A stretch of DNA of 64,000 nucleotides from Coprothermobacterota bacterium (GTDB taxonomy: Bacteria > Coprothermobacterota > Coprothermobacteria > Coprothermobacterales > Coprothermobacteraceae), in assembly GCA_036679065.1 (NCBI GenBank), contig JAZIGN010000001.1:32001-96000 (forward strand), in the 5' to 3' direction. Positions 9,826 to 19,525 of the stretch are shown here, piece by piece (positions within the stretch are counted from its first letter, which is position 1; every line of letters starts with the position of its first letter). A model generated the notes under the pieces. The model searched no databases and was not told where the DNA came from. It was given only the letters and a program-made list of their open reading frames with translations. Position numbers and translations under genes: made by a program.

Positions 9826-10589
9826 ATGAAAAGGACGTTTGTCTTGTTATTAGTGGTGGGGCTATCTTGTTGGGGTGTAGCAGTCAACAGTCTGCCAACA
9901 CTTTAGTAGTTGGCACAGCGGCTGACTTTCCTCCTTTGGAATTCATTGACGAAAATGGTAACTTTGCTGGCTTTGATATTGAGCTAATGAATGCTATTGC
10001 TGAGAAGATTGGGTATGAGGTGAAGTGGGAGAATGCTGATTTTGCCGGTTTAGTAGCTTCTTTGCAGACAGGTAAGTATGATGCTGTCATTTCTGCAATG
10101 ACTATTACAGCTTCACGGCAGGAAGAAGTGGATTTCTCGAGACCCTACTTTAGGTCTGATCAAGCTGTGGTAGTCCAGGAAAGCAACGTGGGCATTTTAA
10201 GTAGGGAAGATCTTGCTGACAAAACGATCGGGGTTCAGCTTGGTACCACCGGAGAGCTGCTTGCTCGGGAGTTAGTTTCTGATAAGGGGGGAGTATATAC
10301 CTACGAGAGTCCTGACCAAGCCTTCTTAGACTTGAATACGGGTCGTCTAGATGCAGTAGTTAATGATCTACCTGTTAGTAGTTATTTTTTGTTGAGGAAC
10401 CCTAATCTTCCGCTTAAGGTTGCATTCACAATTGAAACAGAGGAGTATTATGGCATTGCAGTCAAGAAGGGTAACACGGAACTCGTAGAGAAAATTAACA
10501 ATGCCCTTATACAACTAAAGGAGGAGGGCAAGTATGCTGAGCTCTACCAAAAATGGTTTGAAACGGAGCCGCCTGCTGACATCCCGTAA
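9826..10589 (+). CDS. Polar amino-acid ABC transporter substrate-binding lipoprotein, frameshifted in its signal peptide near 9858-9861
   Basis: SBP family 3 motifs (DFPPLEF, GFDIEL, VQLGTTG). The SD-preceded ATG at 9826 (MKRTFVLLLVV) is out of frame with the lipobox ILLGC; one extra G in the G4 run restores the frame. Confidence 0.85.
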
Positions 10590-10660
10590 ACAGATTGTTC
10601 TTTACCTGTACAACGCAGGAGCGTGAAGTCTTTAACTAAGAAAGCTATCAAGGAAAGAGG

Positions 10661-11317
10661 GTGCTTATGGACTTTCGGTGGGAGTTGTTAGTGACAATTT
10701 TTCCCATTTTGTGGTCGGGCTTTTTAACCACACTGGGACTTACATTGTCTTCGCTACTAGTGGGGTTGGTATTTGGCTTAATACTAGCGCTCATGAAGAT
10801 TTCCACAAATTGGATACTTAAGGGAATTTCCATTGCTTACATTGAGCTGATAAGAGGAACTCCGGCACTGATGCAGATAATGTTGGTCTATTTTGGCTTG
10901 CCTGCCTTGGGCCTCAATATTGACCGGTTAACTGCGGCAGTGGTCGCTTTGGGGTTAAATAGTGCTGCTTACTCAGGTGAGATTTTTAGAGCAGGCATTG
11001 AATCCATTGACAGGGGACAAATGGAGGCTGCCAGGGCTATAGGTATGACTGGAAGCATGGCTATGAGGCTCATCGTTTTGCCTCAGGCTTTTCGTGTGGT
11101 AATTCCTCCTTTGGTTAATGAGTTTGTGGCTCTACTCAAGGACACGTCCTTGGTTTCAGTCATAGGAGTGGCTGACCTCATGCTCAGAAGCAGAAATATG
11201 ATTTCTTACACAGCTAACGTGTTTACGCCGTTGCTTGGTGCTTCTATTCTGTACTTATTAGCTACTATACCAGGATCTCAGCTTTCTGCCTACTTGGAGA
11301 GGAGGTTCAAGTTCTAG
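10661..11317 (+). CDS. Polar amino-acid ABC transporter permease (HisM/GlnP family)
   Basis: YIELIRGTP, GQMEAARAIGM (EAA loop) and LLKDTSL. Confidence 0.93.
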   Translation: MLMDFRWELLVTIFPILWSGFLTTLGLTLSSLLVGLVFGLILALMKISTNWILKGISIAYIELIRGTPALMQIMLVYFGLPALGLNIDRLTAAVVALGLNSAAYSGEIFRAGIESIDRGQMEAARAIGMTGSMAMRLIVLPQAFRVVIPPLVNEFVALLKDTSLVSVIGVADLMLRSRNMISYTANVFTPLLGASILYLLATIPGSQLSAYLERRFKF

Positions 11318-11319
11318 AA

Positions 11320-12058
11320 ATGATGCCTATTTTGGAAGCTAAAAACATTGTGAAACGTTTTGGCAAGCATGAGGTTCTAAAAGGGGTAAGTTTGGCTATT
11401 CACCAAAAAGAGATTGTTGTCATCATGGGACCTTCAGGTGGCGGTAAGACTACGCTACTTAGGACGTTAAACCTGCTCGAGGAACCCTCAGATGGTGAGA
11501 TTTATTTTAGGGGAAAGAAAATTGATCCAAGGAGCCGTGATGCCAACGAACTAAGAAAAAAGGTGTCCATGGTTTTTCAGCTTTTCAACCTGTTTAATCA
11601 TCTTAACGTGCTTCAAAATGTAACCATTGGACCCATAAAAGTTTTAGGCAAATCACCCCAAGAAGCAGAAGCCCAAGCCATGGAACTTACATCGGGTTGG
11701 CTTGGCTGAAAAAGCAAAAGCTCTGCCTTCGTCCTTGTCGGGTGGCCAAAAACAAAGAGTTGCTATTGCCAGAGCACTTGCCATGGAGCCGGATGTGATT
11801 TTGTTTGATGAGCCTACCTCCGCCCTGGACCCTGAATACACCAAAGAAGTTTTGGATGTAATGAAGGAATTAGCTGAAGAAGGCATGACCATGGTAGTGG
11901 CCACCCATGAAATGGGTTTTGCTAAGGAAGTGAGTACTCGAATAGTGTTCTTAGAGGACGGCCGTGTAATTGAGGATACCGATGCGCATAAATTCTTCGT
12001 TGAAGGCCCGCAAACGGAGAGAGCAAGGCAGTTCCTTTCAAAAATCTTAAAAGCATAA
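11320..12058 (+). pseudogene. Polar amino-acid ABC transporter ATPase (GlnQ-like), split by a frameshift near 11686
   Basis: Walker A GPSGGGKT is in ORF 11320-11709; signature LSGGQKQR, Walker B ILFDEPT and the H-loop are in ORF 11702-12058. The expected [12 protein letters not shown] is recovered only by changing frame. Could be a sequencing error. Confidence 0.85.
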
Positions 12059-12122
12059 GATATTCTTTAAGCGCATGTTATAATGATTTTGTCCTACGAT
12101 TAAGCAAGGAGGTAGACTAGAC

Positions 12123-13343
12123 ATGGAACCTAAAGACTTTATCAGCAAAAGGGGAGCAAGTTTAAAACCGTCAGCTATTAGGGAAATATTCAAGTACTCA
12201 GGCGACCCGAGTTTCATTTCTTTCGCAGGTGGTTATCCAGACCCAGACGTTTTTCCTGTGGAAGAGTTAAAAGAAGTTTCAGTGGAAGCACTAGATAAGT
12301 ACGCCAAGAAGGCTTTGCAGTACAGTGCTACTGAAGGTGTACCAGAGCTTCGCCAGTACTTGGTGAAGTTCATGGAGGAAGAGGAAAACGTAAAAGGGCT
12401 TGGTGAAGAGAACATCATCATTACCACTGCTAGCCAACAATCGCTGTTCTTAGTGGGTTTGGTTCTTATTGACCCCGGTGATGTGGTCATGGTAGAAGCT
12501 CCAACGTACCTTGGAGCACTATCGGCTTTCGATCCGTTTGAGCCCGATTACGTTTCGGTGCCCACCGATGACGACGGCATCATCCCTGAAAAACTAGAAG
12601 AAATGGTAATTGACCTAAAGAAGAAGGGGAAGAAAGTCAAATTCCTCTATGTCATACCCACATTCCAAAACCCTGCTGGTTACACGCTCAGTTTGGAAAG
12701 AAGAAAGCGTATAGTAGAGATTGCCGAGGAGCAGGATTTCCTCATTGTGGAAGACGACCCCTACAGCTACTTGGTGTATGAGGGCGAAAGGCCACCCTGC
12801 GTAAAGTCTTTTGATAATAGCGACCATGTGATTTACCTCAGCACATTCTCGAAGACCTTTGTGCCCGGATTCCGTCTTGGCTGGATTGTAGCTCACAAAG
12901 ACATCATTCGCAGAATTGCCATTTCAAAGCAGGCAGCGGACTTGTGCACCGGTGCTTACATGCAGTACATAACCTATCTTTACATGCAGAAAGGTCATTT
13001 CATGAAACACATTGAAGCCATGAGAGACATTTACAAGGTAAAACATGCAGCCATGTTAGAAGCACTGGACAAGTACATGTCTGATATTCCCGGCGTTTAC
13101 TGGAGTAAGCCGAAAGGTGGATTTTTCGTGTGGCTAGTCCTTCCAGAAACAGTGGACTGTGACCAATTGTTTGACAAAGCCATTGAGCACAAGGTTGTTT
13201 ACGTGAGAGGTTCAGCTTTCTTCGCAGATGGGCAAGGGAAGAACACCGCACGTTTGAACTTTAGCCAACCCAAAGTTGAAGACATCGACAAGGGAATCAA
13301 AATACTTGCAGATGTAATCAAGGAAACAATGGGCGTTAAGTAG
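12123..13343 (+). CDS. PLP-dependent aminotransferase class I/II (LysN/aromatic aminotransferase-like)
   Basis: SFAGGYP, FQNPAG, EDDPY and STFSKTFVPGFRLGW (PLP Lys); TG-n-TATAAT upstream at 12076-12084. Confidence 0.9.
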   Translation: MEPKDFISKRGASLKPSAIREIFKYSGDPSFISFAGGYPDPDVFPVEELKEVSVEALDKYAKKALQYSATEGVPELRQYLVKFMEEEENVKGLGEENIIITTASQQSLFLVGLVLIDPGDVVMVEAPTYLGALSAFDPFEPDYVSVPTDDDGIIPEKLEEMVIDLKKKGKKVKFLYVIPTFQNPAGYTLSLERRKRIVEIAEEQDFLIVEDDPYSYLVYEGERPPCVKSFDNSDHVIYLSTFSKTFVPGFRLGWIVAHKDIIRRIAISKQAADLCTGAYMQYITYLYMQKGHFMKHIEAMRDIYKVKHAAMLEALDKYMSDIPGVYWSKPKGGFFVWLVLPETVDCDQLFDKAIEHKVVYVRGSAFFADGQGKNTARLNFSQPKVEDIDKGIKILADVIKETMGVK

Positions 13344-13397
13344 TCTAGACAACAGGAAAATTACTTAAATATTTCTCTCTCTTTTCTCTTTCTTTTT

Positions 13398-13428
13398 GAG
13401 GCCCCGCAAGGCGGGGCCTTGTTGTTTC
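13398..13428 (+). terminator. Intrinsic terminator after the aminotransferase
   Basis: GAGGCCCCGC-AAG-GCGGGGCCTT hairpin followed by a T-rich tail. Confidence 0.8.
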
Positions 13429-13722
13429 GTCCTTGTACTTGTGAAGGCTGCTTAATTCAGCTGACGTGATTTCTTCGCTGCTATGCCTTAGGTGAGGGCT
13501 ATGCTCTTGGCTCCTGATTACCGCTGGGAAGCTTCAAGTAAACAGAGAACGTTGCCGATGCTGCGTTATTCTTGGCATCAGATTTGTCTGCTTATATTCT
13601 CATCAGGGATGCTGTGTTACCGGTGGTTGGACCATGGCTTAGCCACTCGAGGTCAACCTGCTGAGGTGTTTCTAGCACCTAACCTGCCTAGCCCGCTCGT
13701 GCACCGTTGTGGTTGGTTCTTT

Positions 13723-14352
13723 TTAATTTAGGTCTGCCTGTACGCCAGTGGTAAGCATTGTGGTGTATTCGCAAATGTTTGTTACATAGTCTCCCATGCG
13801 CTCTAAATGCTTTGCTGCCAGCATCAGATCTATGGTTTCCTCAAGTTTTAGGTTTTCCTGACCACTTCTTAGCCTTTTCTTCAAATCAGCGTAAATGGTA
13901 TCTAGTACGTCGTCTTTCTTGGCAACTTGCTTTGCTATCTCAGGATCACGATTTATGAAAGCATCAATGGCTTCGTCGAGCATTTCTATAACTATTTCAC
14001 CCATGCGCTTGAAGGTAAGTGCGTAAAAATCATAGCTTTCACTGGGGACTGTGGGATCAATTGCAATGCGAGCCACATTCATGGAATGGTCAACTAGCCT
14101 TTCAATGTCCTGGGCTATCTTACCTATGATAATCACTGATGCGATGTCGTCTGGGCATTCCATTGCTACTTGTAGAACCGTTTCCTGAATGTCTTTGTTC
14201 AGTTCATCTACTTTTTGGTCAAGCGCCAGCACTGCATTGGCATTAGCGGGACTTTTCCTTTCAACCGCATCTAATACCGCCCTACAGGTGTCACGAGCCA
14301 AGGAAGAAAGATAAATTAAACGTTCTTCAAGTAATTTGGTCGTTGACTTCAC
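13723..14352 (-). CDS. phoU: Phosphate signalling protein PhoU
   Basis: Two PhoU repeats (DIERLVDHSMNVA, HLERMGDYVTNICE); downstream of phoB/phoR. Confidence 0.9.
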   Translation of the reverse strand: MKSTTKLLEERLIYLSSLARDTCRAVLDAVERKSPANANAVLALDQKVDELNKDIQETVLQVAMECPDDIASVIIIGKIAQDIERLVDHSMNVARIAIDPTVPSESYDFYALTFKRMGEIVIEMLDEAIDAFINRDPEIAKQVAKKDDVLDTIYADLKKRLRSGQENLKLEETIDLMLAAKHLERMGDYVTNICEYTTMLTTGVQADLN

Positions 14353-14388
14353 AAAGAAGATTATACCTCCACTTGCACTACCTATTTG

Positions 14389-15462
14389 TTAAGCCTTTCT
14401 AAGGGCAACATTTACTTTCAAACCATGAGGTTCGTTGGGTTCCAACCACAACCTACCGTCATGAAATTTAACTACTTCCAAAGCAATGCCGAGACCAAGA
14501 CCTAGCCCATCTGCCTTATTAGTGGCCCTATAGAAATCTTGGAACACTTTTTCTCGCTGTTCCTCTGGAATTCCTTCTCCTTCGTCGGCAACTGTTATTA
14601 AGACGTTTTCTTCTTGTTCCTGCAGGGTAACAGTTATTTTTGTCTTTTCAGGGCTGTACTTTAAGGCATTATCTAACAAGTTTAAGAAGAGGGATTTTAA
14701 CAGACTTTTACTTCCCTCTACGAATATGCTGTGACTTGGTATCTCTGCTTCAATGGAAACTCTCTTGTTGTCAGCAAGCACACTCATCTGCCAAATGACT
14801 TCACTGAGCAAATTAACTATGTTTACCTTATCCATGCGATCCACCAAGCCACGATCCATCTTGATTAAAAGTGCTAAATCGCTGGTCAGCTGATTCAACC
14901 TGTCCATCTCGTCTATGATGCGTGTGGTAAGATCTTTTCGCTGCACAGGGTCTTCTTCCTCCTCCAGAAGCTCTAGCATGAGCCGAACCGAACTCAAAGG
15001 TGTTTTAAGTTCGTGGAGCATTTTTTGGTAAAGTTCAACGTCTTCTTTTGTGCTTCCGTGGGTGCATTCTTCAATGGTTCCGATGATCTCACCGTTTGTT
15101 TTCTTAAGGATCATGTAATAGGATCTTTTTTCGGCCGATGGTGTCAAGTAAAAAGGCGTTGACGCAGTACCTTCTTTCTTGCAGGTTTGTAGTGCATCGA
15201 TGACTTTGTGGTCCCTGAAGACCTCATAAAGAAATCTTTCCAGAGGGGTCTTACCCACTAAGGATTCGAAGAGCCCATTGTATCTGATTATCCTAAAATC
15301 ATCGTCCAGCACGAAGACAGGTACGGGTAAGTTTTCCAATAGGTCTTTAGCCATGTTCTCTTCGCTTCGTCTATCCTGTGTGGAGACCGTTTGGAACAAC
15401 ACCACTACAGAAGCAAGAGCACATAGGACAACTACTAGAAGAGCAAGATCGGCACCACCCAT
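14389..15462 (-). CDS. phoR: PAS-domain sensor histidine kinase (PhoR-like)
   Basis: HELKTPL H-box, NLLDNALKYS, DEGEGIP and GLGLGL; one N-terminal TM segment plus PAS. Confidence 0.85.
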   Translation of the reverse strand: MGGADLALLVVVLCALASVVVLFQTVSTQDRRSEENMAKDLLENLPVPVFVLDDDFRIIRYNGLFESLVGKTPLERFLYEVFRDHKVIDALQTCKKEGTASTPFYLTPSAEKRSYYMILKKTNGEIIGTIEECTHGSTKEDVELYQKMLHELKTPLSSVRLMLELLEEEEDPVQRKDLTTRIIDEMDRLNQLTSDLALLIKMDRGLVDRMDKVNIVNLLSEVIWQMSVLADNKRVSIEAEIPSHSIFVEGSKSLLKSLFLNLLDNALKYSPEKTKITVTLQEQEENVLITVADEGEGIPEEQREKVFQDFYRATNKADGLGLGLGIALEVVKFHDGRLWLEPNEPHGLKVNVALRKA

Positions 15463-15466
15463 GCGA

Positions 15467-16177
15467 CTATTCCTTCCTTACGTCGCCGTTAAACTTGTAT
15501 CCCACACCTCTCACAGTCAGTATGTATTTAGGTTCGTTCGGGTTGGGTTCAATTTTGTCTCTGAGCCACTTAATATGAACGTCCAAAGTGCGCTTATCTC
15601 CATAGTAGTCAGCACCCCAGATTTCATTTAGCAAATACTCCCGGGTTAACACTTCACCGGCTCTTGACATGAGTATGCGCAAAAGCTCAAACTGTTTTTT
15701 GGGTAGCAAGTATGACCGGTTGTTCACTCTCAGCTCATGGCCGCGTAAGTCCAGGGCAATATCGTCGCAAACCAGTCTTCTTTGTCCCACTGTTTTTTTC
15801 ATGCCATAAGTACGTCTAAGCACTGCCCTGACTCTGGCCACTAACTCGGGCAAGCTGAAAGGTTTTGTGATGTAGTCGTCAGCGCCAAGTTCCAATCCCA
15901 GAATTCGGTCTACTTCCTCTTCACGTGCTGTAACTACAATTATGGGTGTGTCATACTGGCTTCTTATCTCCTTAAGTATTTCCTTGCCATCTACCAAGGG
16001 TAGCATTAGGTCAAGTAAGACTAAGTTTGGCTGGTGTGCATAGAACTTTTCTAAAGCTTCTTTGCCGTTCATTGCCTTAATGACTTTAAAGCCTTCTTTG
16101 GTAAGCTTTCGTTCGATGGCGTCCAGAATGTTTCGGTCGTCCTCCACGACTAGAATAGTTTCTGATTGGTTCTCCAT
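15467..16177 (-). CDS. phoB: OmpR/PhoB-family response regulator
   Basis: VVEDD, DLMLP, GADDYITKPF and winged helix RTLDVHIKWLRDKIE...TVRGVGY; same operon as phoU. Confidence 0.85.
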   Translation of the reverse strand: MENQSETILVVEDDRNILDAIERKLTKEGFKVIKAMNGKEALEKFYAHQPNLVLLDLMLPLVDGKEILKEIRSQYDTPIIVVTAREEEVDRILGLELGADDYITKPFSLPELVARVRAVLRRTYGMKKTVGQRRLVCDDIALDLRGHELRVNNRSYLLPKKQFELLRILMSRAGEVLTREYLLNEIWGADYYGDKRTLDVHIKWLRDKIEPNPNEPKYILTVRGVGYKFNGDVRKE

Positions 16178-16285
16178 CTTAGTACCACCACCTTCTTCTT
16201 AATAATGTTAACTTAACAGTGTTAAAAATGCAACAGAATACCGAACAACCTGTTATAAAATGAAACAAAGTGGGGTGGTTAAAAC

Positions 16286-17023
16286 ATGCTGTCGGATTAT
16301 GAGGCAGTAGCGAAACTATTGGAAAACTCAGGACATGCCGTTGTTCTTACTGGTGCTGGCATAAGCACTGAGAGCGGTATACCCGATTACAGGGGTCCTC
16401 AAGGGCTCTGGAGAAAATATGATCCCATAAAGTATGTGAGCAGATCCACCTTTGAAACAGATCCCAAGACGTTTTGGGAGTTCAATTTACCCATGTGGAT
16501 GCAGTACAAAGCAGCAAAGCCCAATAAAGCTCATTTCCTCGTTGCTGAGTTGGAAAGGCTTGGATTCATAAAGGCGGTAATCACACAAAACATTGATGGA
16601 CTTCACAAGAGGGCTGGCAGCAAGAATGTGTACGAAGTCCATGGCAACCTTGAGACAGTTTCTTGTTTGCGATGCCATAAGGAATATCCTTTGGAAGAAG
16701 CTTGGAAGCAATTCAACGACGGTAACATACCTCAATGCAGCTGCGGAGGATTATTACGTCCCAATGTGGTTCTTTTCGAAGATCCCATGCCCGATACGTT
16801 TTTCCAAGCAGTCAGGGAAGTAGAATCAAGCGATCTAATGATAGTTATGGGAAGTAGTCTTGAGGTGTATCCCGTAGCCCAGCTGCCTGCCATGGTTCCT
16901 AAATTGGTGGTCGTGAATCTGCTACCAACCCCTTATGACGACAGGGCAGAGTACGTTTTCCACGAAAGTACTGGAGAATTCTCTGAAAAGTTGACCTCTG
17001 TCTTGGGTATCAAGTTACCTTGA
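16286..17023 (+). CDS. cobB: NAD-dependent protein deacylase (sirtuin)
   Basis: TGAGISTESGIPDYRG, TQNIDGLH, HG, Zn ribbon CxxC...CxC and GSSL. Confidence 0.93.
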   Translation: MLSDYEAVAKLLENSGHAVVLTGAGISTESGIPDYRGPQGLWRKYDPIKYVSRSTFETDPKTFWEFNLPMWMQYKAAKPNKAHFLVAELERLGFIKAVITQNIDGLHKRAGSKNVYEVHGNLETVSCLRCHKEYPLEEAWKQFNDGNIPQCSCGGLLRPNVVLFEDPMPDTFFQAVREVESSDLMIVMGSSLEVYPVAQLPAMVPKLVVVNLLPTPYDDRAEYVFHESTGEFSEKLTSVLGIKLP

Positions 17024-17134
17024 AGAAAGATATGTGTGCATTGCACATGTGGCATGTAAAGAGGGTAAAATTACCAAGTAATGCCAATTCTGGGTTATCT
17101 TGTTTTTTAATCAATGATTGATTAGGAGGTTAAT

Positions 17135-17905
17135 GTGCGGAAAATACTGGTTGCAAACGATGATGGCATTTTTGCAGAAGGTATAAATATTTTGGTGACA
17201 CATCTTCTCAAATGGGGAAAGGCAGAAATAACTGTGGTAGCTCCTGATAGGACAAAGAATGCTATCAGTCACTCTCTCACCTTGGATTCCATCCTGCGGC
17301 TCAGAAAAGTGTTTATGCCCAACGGTTACGAGGGTTATACTGTGGTAGATGGTTCGCCTGCTGACTGTGTGCTGGTTGCGCTGAACGATTTGGTTCCCGA
17401 TACAGACTTAGTCATTGCTGGCATCAACCATGGTACGAACTGTGGTATTGATGTGCTTTACTCAGGAACAGTGGGCGCTGCTTCGGAAGGTGTGGTTAAC
17501 GGTAAACCTTCTATTGCTATTTCATCAGAAAGCCCAGAAAGGGAACATCTTGAAATCACCGCTCAAGTGCTGGTCAGCTTATTGGATCAAGGATTGTTAA
17601 ATGCTACTAGCAGTGATTGGGTTTTGAACATTAACGTGCCTGCACTTAAGCTGGAGGAAATTAAAGGGGTTGCCTGGGCAACCATGAGTCGTCACGGCTG
17701 GACTAATAGGGTTCAAAGACGTGAAGATCCCCGAGGCCAGATTTACTACTGGGTTACTGGGGAACGGTCAAAACCAGAGCAAAGCAACAACGGTGATTAT
17801 CAGTTGCTTAGCCAGGGTTTCGTAACGTTAACTCCAGTTGGTCTCGATCTTACAGATCATGAATCGCTAAAAGAGCTGTCAAGCAGGTTCGTATTCCAGC
17901 TTTGA
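17135..17905 (+). CDS. surE: 5'/3'-nucleotidase SurE
   Basis: ILVANDDG, GSPADCV and GINHG...YSGTVGAA. Confidence 0.95.
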   Translation: MRKILVANDDGIFAEGINILVTHLLKWGKAEITVVAPDRTKNAISHSLTLDSILRLRKVFMPNGYEGYTVVDGSPADCVLVALNDLVPDTDLVIAGINHGTNCGIDVLYSGTVGAASEGVVNGKPSIAISSESPEREHLEITAQVLVSLLDQGLLNATSSDWVLNINVPALKLEEIKGVAWATMSRHGWTNRVQRREDPRGQIYYWVTGERSKPEQSNNGDYQLLSQGFVTLTPVGLDLTDHESLKELSSRFVFQL

Positions 17906-18835
17906 TGGAGGTTGCACGTTTATCCTTTTTATGTTTCCATTTGATATTTGATTTGCAATTAACCAAATAAGGGATTTTACGTTTTCTGTTTTGAAAACGT
18001 CAGCGTGGTTGTCTAACTTGACGATGAAACCTTCTCTGTGTGGACTAACGGAAATATAAACACGCTGCTGTAGTGAAACCCCAATGAAGTCGTCATCACT
18101 GACAATGGCTGGGATTAGCATTGCCTGATTATTACTAAAGGGTTCCCACAACTTAATAGTGCCGAACGTGGTTCTATAAGTTCCTGCTTTCAGCGTGCCA
18201 TGTGAATCATGCACTATTGCGTGAGGCATGATTACCTCCTTGTCTAAGTAGTTAGGCACTGAAACATGCCGCTTTTTTCTAAGTACAACTTTGTAAATTT
18301 CCTTACCTTGACTTACCCACTTCTGTTCATATTTCGTTCCAACTTGAACCTCGTTCCTAACCGTGTAATCAGCTAACGAAAAGAGTCGGCTTTCTTCAGA
18401 GTTTCTAATAGCTTCTTCGGCGTATTCTTTCACGTCGGTCTGAAGCTGCAAGACCGCGTTGTCCACAAGGCGTGAGGCGTATATCTGTAGTTTTGGTAAT
18501 GTAAAAAGTCTCCTTGATGCATGTTTCTTGTGAGGCCAAGGTAAGGGAAAGTTGATGTACAATGCGTCTACGCTTCTTTCCGAAAACAGCTCTCTGAGGC
18601 CCCAAACACCGTCCATAAGCAGCAGCGCAGTTTTCGTGTGATCAATCACTTTCATAGCTTTTTCCACGCTTAAGAGTGAAACCTCAAATCCTACTACGTT
18701 GGCACCGGTTGTCTCTAATGTTTTCAAGAACTTCCCGTTACCGAACCCAATTTCCACTGCGAGCGGATTCTTCTCTGGAAAGATGGCATCCCAATTCAAG
18801 GGAAAAGAGATCGTACTTTGAGGTTTTATCAGCAT
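17879..18835 (-). CDS. trmB: tRNA (guanine-N7)-methyltransferase TrmB with an extra C-terminal domain
   Basis: VEIGFGNG, NFPLPWPHKKHASRRL, QTD and TKYEQK motifs; about 115 aa C-terminal extension. Confidence 0.88.
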   Translation of the reverse strand: MLIKPQSTISFPLNWDAIFPEKNPLAVEIGFGNGKFLKTLETTGANVVGFEVSLLSVEKAMKVIDHTKTALLLMDGVWGLRELFSERSVDALYINFPLPWPHKKHASRRLFTLPKLQIYASRLVDNAVLQLQTDVKEYAEEAIRNSEESRLFSLADYTVRNEVQVGTKYEQKWVSQGKEIYKVVLRKKRHVSVPNYLDKEVIMPHAIVHDSHGTLKAGTYRTTFGTIKLWEPFSNNQAMLIPAIVSDDDFIGVSLQQRVYISVSPHREGFIVKLDNHADVFKTENVKSLIWLIANQISNGNIKRINVQPPSKLEYEPA

Positions 18836-18844
18836 GAAACAAGC

Positions 18845-19525
18845 TCACCAATAGTAAGGCGTGGAATAAGGTTCACTTCTTCGGCGCCTTCGGACTACGG
18901 GTAGCACCATGAATGCCACAATGACTCCGAAAACAAACCCTCCGATGTGCGCCCAATATGCCACGTAGCTCATGCTGTTAAGTAGTGTGGGTAGTACGTT
19001 TCCTTGAAAGAACCAGATCAAAAGCCAGAACCAAGCCGGAATATTTACCACGGTAACGAAAAAGATCAGGAATATCAAAGTGGCTATGTAGGCGTGAGGA
19101 TAGAACACCAAATAAGCGCCCATAACTGCGGATATGGCGCCAGAAGCGCCAACGAAAAACTCGGCACTTTGAGGCATCATGTAAATATGAGCAAGCCCTG
19201 CAACCATTCCACCAATTAGGTAAAACGGAATGTAGAATTTACCGAAATCTCCTTCAATGTTATCTCCAAATATGAACAAAAACCACATGTTTGATATTAG
19301 GTGGTATAGGTTTCCATGTAACCACATGCTTAAAAACAACAAGCCCCAGGGTGTCAAGTTTAGTGGGTTCACAGAAATCATACTCAAGAATTTTTGTGGA
19401 CTAAGGTAGAAAGAATCTGGTAGCAGCGGTTGTACGAACGCATACACGATGATGTTTATGACAATAATGAGAATCGTCCTAACCGGAAAAGTGCGACGTC
19501 TATTTATATCGAATAACGGAAACAT
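18845..19525 (-). CDS. Rhomboid intramembrane serine protease
   Basis: SMWLHG..HL..NM, GASGAIS and AHIGGF motifs. Confidence 0.93.
   Translation of the reverse strand: MFPLFDINRRRTFPVRTILIIVINIIVYAFVQPLLPDSFYLSPQKFLSMISVNPLNLTPWGLLFLSMWLHGNLYHLISNMWFLFIFGDNIEGDFGKFYIPFYLIGGMVAGLAHIYMMPQSAEFFVGASGAISAVMGAYLVFYPHAYIATLIFLIFFVTVVNIPAWFWLLIWFFQGNVLPTLLNSMSYVAYWAHIGGFVFGVIVAFMVLPVVRRRRRSEPYSTPYYW

Noticed and set aside
13492..13731. 79-aa + strand ORF in the aminotransferase-phoU gap
   Set aside because: It lies after a terminator, with no clear SD or recognisable domain.
16286..17023. Sirtuin as partner of HerA (Sir2-HerA defence system)
   Set aside because: It is a canonical Zn-binding deacylase about 43 kb from herA in a housekeeping context.
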